Shown here in pieces: positions 54,283 through 61,042 of a stretch of 64,000 bases of DNA; the stretch's first letter is position 1, and each line of letters begins with the position of its first letter. Under the pieces are notes generated by a model. That model was not told where the DNA came from, ran no database searches, and worked only from the letters and a program-made list of their open reading frames with translations. Source of the DNA: Eubacteriales bacterium (GTDB lineage Bacteria > Bacillota > Clostridia > Oscillospirales > CAG-272). Location of the stretch: the NCBI GenBank assembly GCA_045535815.1, contig JAZSMJ010000006.1, positions 5,430-69,429 of the forward strand, given 5' to 3'. The position numbers were made by a program, and so were the translations under genes.

Positions 54283-54304
54283 TATCTTGAAAGAAGGTGC
54301 TATT

Positions 54305-54658
54305 ATGTCCGAAAACAAATTACTTGATCTATCTTTTGAATTTGCGGTTGCTATTGTTAATCTTGTGGATGGCATAACTGCACCCAAAAGTTCCTATATG
54401 ACCGATCAGCTCGCAAGAGCAGGTACATCGGTTGGTGCCAATATTCACGAAGCGCAGTATGCACAGAGCAAGAAAGACTTTGTTGCGAAGTTGGAAATCG
54501 CTTTGAAAGAATCCAACGAAACAAGTTATTGGTTGAAATTGATGTACGAAACCAAAAGAAGCGATATCGCTACATATCAATACACAGAGAAGCTTTGTGG
54601 TAATATCCGCAGGCTTTTGATCGCTTCTTGCAGAACCGCGAAGGAGAATTCGAAATGA
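54305..54658 (+). CDS. Four-helix bundle protein (23S rRNA IVP / TIGR02436-like)
   Basis: DQLARAGTSVGANIHEA...SKKDF..KLEIALKESNETSYWL signature; GAAGGTG RBS. Confidence 0.9.
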   Translation: MSENKLLDLSFEFAVAIVNLVDGITAPKSSYMTDQLARAGTSVGANIHEAQYAQSKKDFVAKLEIALKESNETSYWLKLMYETKRSDIATYQYTEKLCGNIRRLLIASCRTAKENSK

Positions 54659-55269
54659 ATAAAATTATTTGGGATATTTCTGACTATATTTTTGTTTCCG
54701 ATGAACCTAAAAAGGTTGATGCAATCTTTCTGCCGGGAGGGTCGCATCCTGAACAACCTGAATATGCGGCTAAACTGTACCATAAAGGTTATGCTAAGTG
54801 GATTATTCCCTCTGGTGGAGTTAGTGTTAAACGAGATAAATGGCCAGGTGTTCGCTCAAAGGCCGAGATATATAATGGTGATTATCAATCCGACTGCGAG
54901 TTTTTTATCGATGTGTTTGTAAAAAACGGTGTGCCTATAGATGCAATTATTGGAGAAGATAAATCAGGACATACTCGTGATAATGCTTTTCTTTCACGAA
55001 AAGTCGTTGACGAAAGTGGCGTTGAGATAAAAACGGCAATGATTGTCTGTAAAGCGTTTCACGCCAGACGTTGCCTTATGCTTTATCAAATGGCTTTTCC
55101 CGATGTTGAGATAAAGGTATGTCCAGTTCATTGCTTCAATATAACAAAGGATAATTGGTATATGACCGAGCTAGGAACAGACCGTGTTCTTGGCGAACTC
55201 GCCCGGTGTGGCAATCAGTTTGTTGGTGACATGAAGTCATATTTATCATATATTAAGAACAACCAGTAA
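54655..55269 (+). CDS. YdcF/DUF218 family protein
   Basis: DAIFLPG, IIPSGG, EDKSGHTRDNA and KAFHARR motifs; ATGA overlap with the upstream gene. Confidence 0.85.
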   Translation: MNKIIWDISDYIFVSDEPKKVDAIFLPGGSHPEQPEYAAKLYHKGYAKWIIPSGGVSVKRDKWPGVRSKAEIYNGDYQSDCEFFIDVFVKNGVPIDAIIGEDKSGHTRDNAFLSRKVVDESGVEIKTAMIVCKAFHARRCLMLYQMAFPDVEIKVCPVHCFNITKDNWYMTELGTDRVLGELARCGNQFVGDMKSYLSYIKNNQ

Positions 55270-55404
55270 GATAATAGAATGCGTCAAATTTTACTTTGAC
55301 ACAAAAAGAATATTCACATTACTTTTGGTCTTTCTTACCCATGTTTATATACTTTTAGTCGCTCTTTCAATGTTTTGTCCTATATTAACTCTGGAGGTAA
55401 TGGT

Positions 55405-56451
55405 ATGAAATATATTTCGGTTGACGGTGAGGATATAGTCTGGTATGACGTGAAGAAATCTCCGTTTGTGCTTCACGGATTTTACAATCCGTTATCGGAG
55501 CCGTTTTTCAGAAGACTTCCGCAAGATGTTGCTGAGGCTACGAGCGCCGGTGTTGATACATTAAGCCGTGAATCTGCAGGCGGACGAGTAAGGTTTTCTA
55601 CAGATTCTCCGTATATTGCAATACGAGCAAAGTACAGATCGGTCGGACGAGCTCCGCATATAACGCTTGTATCCTCGGCAGGCTTTGATCTTTATGTTGA
55701 CGGCGAATTCGGAAGCAGATATATCAGAGAGTTCAGACCGCCTTACGATATCGTTGATACGTATTGTTCACTTGTGCATTTAAACGACAATAAATTAAGA
55801 TCATATACGATAAATTTCCCAACACATTCTGTTGTTGAAGCCCTTGAGGTGGGAATAAGACCCGGAGCGGTTCTTGATAAACCGGTGCAATACCGTGATT
55901 TATTACCGGTGATATTTTACGGTTCATCTATCGTACACGGAACTGCATCGACTCATCCGGGTGCAACCTATCCTGCAATTATATCGAGAGATCTGAATAT
56001 TGATTTTATTAATATGGGCTTTTCCGGAAATGCGATGGGTGAACAGGTCTTGGCAGAATGGCTGTCAGGGCGTCCGATGAGCGTTTTCGTTTGCGATTAC
56101 GACCATAATGCCCCTGATTTAGAGCATCTTGAAAAAACGCACTATTCGTTTTATCAGACGATGCGGAAAAACGCGCCCGACGTTCCTTATATTATGATCT
56201 CACGCCCGGATTATTGGACCGGAATTGATCAGGAGCATATCCTCGATCGGCGAGACGTAATAATGTCATCGTATCTTAAGGCACGATCAAACGGTGACAA
56301 AAATGTATATTTTATCGACGGTCTCAGCTTTTTTGCATCAGAGCATCAGTATGAAACGGTTGTTGACTGCACTCATCCAAACGATTTCGGTTTTGTAAGA
56401 ATGGCTGAAAAAATAGGTGCGGTTATCAAGCATATTCTTGAAAAGAAGTAA
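55405..56451 (+). CDS. SGNH/GDSL hydrolase family protein
   Basis: FYGSSI, NMGFSGNA, DYDHN and DCTHPND motifs. Confidence 0.88.
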   Translation: MKYISVDGEDIVWYDVKKSPFVLHGFYNPLSEPFFRRLPQDVAEATSAGVDTLSRESAGGRVRFSTDSPYIAIRAKYRSVGRAPHITLVSSAGFDLYVDGEFGSRYIREFRPPYDIVDTYCSLVHLNDNKLRSYTINFPTHSVVEALEVGIRPGAVLDKPVQYRDLLPVIFYGSSIVHGTASTHPGATYPAIISRDLNIDFINMGFSGNAMGEQVLAEWLSGRPMSVFVCDYDHNAPDLEHLEKTHYSFYQTMRKNAPDVPYIMISRPDYWTGIDQEHILDRRDVIMSSYLKARSNGDKNVYFIDGLSFFASEHQYETVVDCTHPNDFGFVRMAEKIGAVIKHILEKK

Positions 56452-56462
56452 AGGAGCTTTTT

Positions 56463-57248
56463 ATGGACAGAAAGCTTATTGATCTTTCTTTCGAAGATTT
56501 TCCAATGCAGCTTCACAGCTTTGTGAAAGATGCAAAAATTTATGATAGCAGTTGTTCAGAGCTTGCGAGAGTTTATTACATAGACAAGGGTAGCGGATAT
56601 TATCTGAAAAGATCGCCTAAAGAAAGTCTTAAAAGTGAAGCTCATATGACCGGATATTTTGCCTTTAAAGGATTATCCTGTAACGTCATTGAATATCTTT
56701 CTGAAGAATACGATTGGATGCTTACAGAAAAAATATCAGGCGAGGATTGCACTTTTCAACAATATCTTGATAATCCCGAAAGATTATGTGATACTCTTGC
56801 AATTCTTCTGAGAAAGCTTCATGAAACCGAATACAAGGGCTGTCCTATAGAGGATCATACCAACCTCTACTTTAAAAGAGCAGAGGAGAACTATAGCAAC
56901 GGCATATTCGATTCATCGTTCATATCAGACGAGCTTGATTTTGCAAATGCAGACGATGCGTGGAGATTTGTTGAGACCTCAAAAGACGCATTAAAGAACG
57001 ATGCATTACTTCACGGTGATTATTGTCTTCCGAACGTAATTCTGGATAATTGGAATTTCAGCGGTTTCATTGATCTCGGTAACGGGGGAGTAGGCGATCC
57101 TCATGTAGACATTTTTTGGGCGATTTGGACGCTTGAATATAATCTGAAAACAGATAAGTATAAAGACAGATTTATAGATGCTTACGGTCGTTCTTCAGTA
57201 GATAAAGAAAAGCTAAAGCTTATTTCAGTTATAGAGGCATTCGGCTGA
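56463..57248 (+). CDS. Aminoglycoside 3'-phosphotransferase-like kinase
   Basis: YYLK, HGDYCLPN (Brenner motif), FIDLG and D...D; about 261 aa. Confidence 0.85.
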   Translation: MDRKLIDLSFEDFPMQLHSFVKDAKIYDSSCSELARVYYIDKGSGYYLKRSPKESLKSEAHMTGYFAFKGLSCNVIEYLSEEYDWMLTEKISGEDCTFQQYLDNPERLCDTLAILLRKLHETEYKGCPIEDHTNLYFKRAEENYSNGIFDSSFISDELDFANADDAWRFVETSKDALKNDALLHGDYCLPNVILDNWNFSGFIDLGNGGVGDPHVDIFWAIWTLEYNLKTDKYKDRFIDAYGRSSVDKEKLKLISVIEAFG

Positions 57249-57318
57249 TGATATGCCAAGCCTGCGGCTTGGATAAACAAAAAGAACATTTGTCTATCGA
57301 CAAATGTTCTTTTTGTTG
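57248..57318. repeat. Partial copy of the array-2/terminator unit (direct repeat of 58109-58183), also a bidirectional terminator
   Basis: ATGATATGCCAAGCCTGCGGCTTGGATAAACAAAAAGAACATTTGTC-TATC-GACAAATGTTCTTTTTGTTG. Confidence 0.9.
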
Positions 57319-57406
57319 TTGCCTAAGAACAACTAAACGGTTCGTAAATGTAGGAAAGAAAAGCGAAATGGTGCGTAACCGTACTGTTCAACAAATTGGA
57401 TTTTAC

Positions 57407-57883
57407 TTACTCAATTTCTGTGCGAATAGTAAATACATCAGGAAGATTAAAAATATCCTTTTTCAGGAATAGTGGATAAAAATACACCTCACCCAATCTT
57501 TCAAACTCCAACCATTCAAAAATGTGTGTGCGATGACCTTCGTTTGATGTAAACAGTTTGCCCCTTTCCAATAAATCTGTATTTGATATATCCATTAAGA
57601 AATAAATACATAGTTCGTGATAGCGAAGATTATCGACATCTTCAGTAAAAAATGCTTGATTGAGCCAAAGAGGACGGACAATCGTAGGCGTAATGCCTAA
57701 TTCTTCTTGCGCTTCTCTGATAACCGCATTTTCTGCTGTTTCACCTATGGCAACTCTCCCGCCGGGCAAATAGTAATACGGTGACCTCTCATCGTGCATT
57801 GCCAAGATTTTGCCGTCAGAAATCATCATAGCACACACTCTGTAATTAAATTTCTCATTGTCAATTTTGAAAGATATGTCCAT
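57407..57883 (-). CDS. NUDIX hydrolase
   Basis: LPGGRVAIGETAENAVIREAQEELG Nudix box. Confidence 0.93.
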   Translation of the reverse strand: MDISFKIDNEKFNYRVCAMMISDGKILAMHDERSPYYYLPGGRVAIGETAENAVIREAQEELGITPTIVRPLWLNQAFFTEDVDNLRYHELCIYFLMDISNTDLLERGKLFTSNEGHRTHIFEWLEFERLGEVYFYPLFLKKDIFNLPDVFTIRTEIE

Positions 57884-57924
57884 CCTTTAATTCTCTTGTC
57901 AAATTTTTATTTGTGCGTGAGTTT

Positions 57925-57953
57925 ATTATATCACACTTTTGCAAATACATCAA
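57925..57953 (-). promoter_or_regulatory. sigmaA promoter at the end of array 2, driving NUDIX
   Basis: Minus strand TTGATG-17 nt-TATAAT with an extended TG. Confidence 0.65.
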
Positions 57954-58135
57954 GGCGTAGCCTTGAATATCATCCGCAACTTGTTGCGGTATATCATCAA
58001 TGCGAAGCATTGTATATCATCAAGCCGCAGGAAGATGCACGCTGGCGCGTGATGAGATACAAGGGCGGCTTGTCGCCCTTGATGATATACGCCGCACTTC
58101 GTGCGTCAATGATATACCAAGCCTGCGGCTTGGAT
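57946..58135. repeat. Mirror-symmetric hairpin array 2 (hairpin+TATATCAT x3, then ATGATATA+hairpin x3)
   Basis: CAAGGC-GTA-GCCTTG, CCGCAAC-TT-GTTGCGG, CAATGC-GAA-GCATTG, CAAGGGCG..CGCCCTTG, CGCAC-TTC-GTGCG and CCAAGCC-TGC-GGCTTGG, joined by 8-nt linkers. Confidence 0.9.
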
Positions 58136-58136
58136 A

Positions 58137-58182
58137 AACAAAAACAGAACATTTGTCGGTAGACAAATGTTCTGTTTTTGTT
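58137..58182 (-). terminator. tRNA-Val terminator with TTTGTC-TACC-GACAAA core
   Basis: Minus strand AACAAAAACAGAACATTTGTC-TACC-GACAAATGTTCTGTTTTTGTT. Confidence 0.8.
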
Positions 58183-58258
58183 GGTGGGGACAACTGGAAT
58201 CGAACCAGTGACCTCATGCATGTCAAGCATGCACTCTAACCAGCTGAGCTATGCCCCC
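58182..58258 (-). tRNA. tRNA-Val (GAC)
   Basis: Minus strand GGGGGCATAGCTCAGCTGGTTAGAGTGCATGC-TTGACAT-GCATGAGGTCACTGGTTCGATTCCAGTTGTCCCCACCA. Confidence 0.96.
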
Positions 58259-58270
58259 GTAACGCTTGAT

Positions 58271-58299
58271 ATTATATCACAGTATTTCCTTAATTGCAA
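58271..58299 (-). promoter_or_regulatory. sigmaA promoter of tRNA-Val
   Basis: Minus strand TTGCAA-17 nt-TATAAT with an extended TG. Confidence 0.72.
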
Positions 58300-58326
58300 G
58301 ACCTTTACAATATTTTTTTGAAAAAG

Positions 58327-58353
58327 TAATCCGGCGTTTTTTACGCCGGATTA
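58327..58353 (-). terminator. Intrinsic terminator
   Basis: TAATCCGGCGT-TTTTT-ACGCCGGATTA. Confidence 0.78.
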
Positions 58354-58359
58354 TCTTTA

Positions 58360-59529
58360 TTATATTCTGAATATCGTTCCTGCGATATGACGTGCTCCGC
58401 CAAGAGCCTGACCGTCATCAACACAGTAATAGTATCCCATAAACAAGCTGCCGTCATCAAGTTCGACTACCTCGGGGTAGCCTATATCACCGCATGAAGC
58501 ATCTCCTGCTCTTAAAACAAATTCGTTGCTCCATGTCTTTCCTTCGTCTGTACTGATCATGCCGTAAAGACCTATCTTTGCCTTAGGTACGTCACGCTTA
58601 GCGTATACAAGAAGCAATCTGCCGTCACGAAGAAGAAGAGGGTAGGGCGATATTGCAAAAGCTTTGATTTTTCTTGGAGTGCTCCAATTCAGCCCAAGAT
58701 CATCTGAATATGAAATGTACGCCCATCTCGTTTGAGGTATACAGTTGCCAAACCATGCGCCAGTAGTTGCAAGAAGTCGGTTTTCACCAAGATCTACGAT
58801 CTGTGCGTAGGAATGTGATATCTCGTGATACGGATCCCGTGCAATCTCAGATACGTATTCCCAGGTTGCGCCGTTGTCCTCAGAGCTGTATAATGCTGCA
58901 AAATATACGTTTCTTGAGGTATCGTCAGCGCCAACGTCACGTGATACTACAAACGGCTTAAGCAGTTTACCGGGACGTTTTACCATAGTTGCAGCGGCAA
59001 CGCAGTGTGTAAAATCGTAACGCATAGGCTCAACGATATGAGGACTCCAGGTTTTACCCTTATCATCCGAACGAGTCATATAATTTTTCACCTGATATCT
59101 TCCGTCGCTCAGCTGTTCTCCGCAGTATGACTGACCGAAATGAAGCCACGTATCAGGACCTATCTCAGGTGCATCAGTTCCGCCGATACCGTAGTGAGGA
59201 CGGTCGGGGCGATGAATAAATTTTGCTCTTTTTTCTTCGATAGGAAGATCCTCGTTGTGAACTACAACACGCTCAGACTCGGGCCAGGTATATCCACCGT
59301 CAAGCGAACGTGTGAGCATGATCTGTGCTCTTGCGTGAACCCCTCTTTGACCGTGGTCAATGTTCTCGCCCTCAACGTAATTTACGTTTTCGGTGTGCTG
59401 GTGCATAAAGGCGATCTCACCGCCACCGAAATACATCATTTCACCAAAAAGCGGATGCGCACAGTAGGTATGCTTGTTTCCGCATACACGAACGTGTTTA
59501 AGAATGGTAGGCTTGACTTCCATAATCAT
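58360..59529 (-). CDS. Asp-box (BNR) beta-propeller, sialidase-fold protein
   Basis: Five SxDxGxTW-type boxes and a C-terminal DIGYP; no signal peptide. Confidence 0.82.
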   Translation of the reverse strand: MIMEVKPTILKHVRVCGNKHTYCAHPLFGEMMYFGGGEIAFMHQHTENVNYVEGENIDHGQRGVHARAQIMLTRSLDGGYTWPESERVVVHNEDLPIEEKRAKFIHRPDRPHYGIGGTDAPEIGPDTWLHFGQSYCGEQLSDGRYQVKNYMTRSDDKGKTWSPHIVEPMRYDFTHCVAAATMVKRPGKLLKPFVVSRDVGADDTSRNVYFAALYSSEDNGATWEYVSEIARDPYHEISHSYAQIVDLGENRLLATTGAWFGNCIPQTRWAYISYSDDLGLNWSTPRKIKAFAISPYPLLLRDGRLLLVYAKRDVPKAKIGLYGMISTDEGKTWSNEFVLRAGDASCGDIGYPEVVELDDGSLFMGYYYCVDDGQALGGARHIAGTIFRI

Positions 59530-59543
59530 ATTCCTCGTTATAT

Positions 59544-60926
59544 TTATTCAATTTCATTATGTAAAGCAACTTGTTTTTTCATATACTTAATGGTTTTTAT
59601 ATAGTCCGGAAGGAAGGTAATTAAACCTAAAACCCATGCAGCCGGGCTGGCGAAGCACATTATAGTGTATCCTGAAGAATCGCTAATGCCTGTATTTGAT
59701 ATCAAGGCTAAAACAATTAATGATATTCCTGCACGTCCTACTATTTCTGTGAACCCGGATAAAGTAGTCCAGAAATTGCGTCCAAGAGATTGCAATACGC
59801 TTTTTAATTCAGCTACGGGAACCAGAAAGAACATACAACAAATATTGACAAGACTGTAGATATATGCTCCGTTAACGACTTCGCCTTGAACGTCACCGGC
59901 AATCAAAGTTACAATGTTTTTTCCAAACATTAGAATAAATACTATTGAACAACAGCAGAATATCCACCCAACGTACAGAGTTTTTCTTATGCCTTCGAAA
60001 ATTCGTGTGTACTTGTTAGCTCCGAAATTTTGCGCAACGAAGACCGACAAAGCAGATGCAAACGATAAAATGGGCTGCAATGCAAATTGCTCAATCTTAG
60101 TTCCAGTGGTTTGAGCAGCAACGTAAATAACACCGAGTCCATTTGTTACGAATTGCATAACGATAGAGCCGATTGACAGAATCATATTAAGAAACGCCAT
60201 AGGCACGCCTATATTCAAAAGCATACAGTCAAGGGTAAAATCGGTTTTAAAATGTTTTTTTGTAATATGTAAAAGAGGCTGCTTTCGAACCAAGTATATA
60301 ATACAAAGAATGCCTGATATAAGCTGAGCAACAATCGTTGCCAAGCCTGCACCGTCGGTATCCATCTTGAATATGACGATAAAAACAACGTCGAGGATAA
60401 TATTAATCACGCATGCAATAATAAGAAAGAACAAAGGAGTTCTTGAATCACCGAGAGCACGTATCATATTGGAAAGAAGATTGTATAAAGCGGTAGCAAA
60501 AAGTCCGGCAAAAATCCAAAAAAGATATGAATACGATCTATCTATAATATCTTCCGGGGTGCGGAGCAGCTCGAGTGCGGGACGAGCTAAAAGAATAGAC
60601 AATATCGAAAATAAAATAGTTATTATGGCCGAAAGCTTTATGCTTGCCGCAAACGTTCTTTTGATTTTTTCATTGTCGCCTGCTCCGAAATAACGGGCTG
60701 TCAGAGCAGAAAAACCAATAGTCAGAGATTGGATCGGTCCGGTCACAAACCAGAACAGGCCTCCGGTTGCACCAACTGCGGCATACGCATTTGAGCCAAG
60801 CGTTCGCCCTACTATTACCATATCGGCTATGTTGTAAAACTGCTGAAAAATATTGCCGATAATGAAGGGAACAGAGAATAAGAGAATTTGCTTTAAGGGC
60901 GAGCCTTTGGTAAGATCGTTTGTCAT
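59544..60926 (-). CDS. MATE family efflux transporter
   Basis: QQFYNIADMVIVG, RALGDSRTPL, NIILD and GAGLAT motifs; about 12 TM. Confidence 0.94.
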   Translation of the reverse strand: MTNDLTKGSPLKQILLFSVPFIIGNIFQQFYNIADMVIVGRTLGSNAYAAVGATGGLFWFVTGPIQSLTIGFSALTARYFGAGDNEKIKRTFAASIKLSAIITILFSILSILLARPALELLRTPEDIIDRSYSYLFWIFAGLFATALYNLLSNMIRALGDSRTPLFFLIIACVINIILDVVFIVIFKMDTDGAGLATIVAQLISGILCIIYLVRKQPLLHITKKHFKTDFTLDCMLLNIGVPMAFLNMILSIGSIVMQFVTNGLGVIYVAAQTTGTKIEQFALQPILSFASALSVFVAQNFGANKYTRIFEGIRKTLYVGWIFCCCSIVFILMFGKNIVTLIAGDVQGEVVNGAYIYSLVNICCMFFLVPVAELKSVLQSLGRNFWTTLSGFTEIVGRAGISLIVLALISNTGISDSSGYTIMCFASPAAWVLGLITFLPDYIKTIKYMKKQVALHNEIE

Positions 60927-60960
60927 ATAATATTGCTCCGATGTATTTTTGTCGATGATA

Positions 60961-60988
60961 TTTTAACTCCGATATACTTTTTTGTCAA
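60961..60988 (-). promoter_or_regulatory. sigmaA promoter of the MATE gene
   Basis: Minus strand TTGACA-17 nt-TAAAAT. Confidence 0.65.
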
Positions 60989-60995
60989 TAGAAAA

Positions 60996-61027
60996 TCAGA
61001 CGGTTCAAAAATATTTGAACCGTCTGA
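60996..61027 (-). terminator. Intrinsic terminator after the glycoside hydrolase
   Basis: TCAGACGGTTCAAA-AATA-TTTGAACCGTCTGA. Confidence 0.82.
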
Positions 61028-61042
61028 CGAAAAATCATATTA

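Noticed and set aside
54052-54304. ORF 54052-54264 and the 54194 N-terminal extension of the four-helix gene
   Set aside because: They are translations of the repeat array; the promoter and RBS point to ATG 54305.
54305-54658. Diversity-generating retroelement (Avd)
   Set aside because: No reverse transcriptase and no TR/VR repeat pair in the window.
54087-58135. Hairpin arrays as CRISPR arrays
   Set aside because: The constant part is only 7-8 nt, the variable parts are 12-22-nt palindromes, orientation flips midway, and there are no cas genes.
57248-58230. Small ORFs 57248-57472, 57794-58162, 57997-58230 and 58020-58226
   Set aside because: They run through repeats, terminators and tRNA-Val; the shared QACGLDKQK peptide just reflects the DNA repeat.
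53956-58258. Classical integrase-driven island or prophage at a tRNA
   Set aside because: No integrase or phage gene, and I found no duplicated tRNA 3' end (attL/attR).
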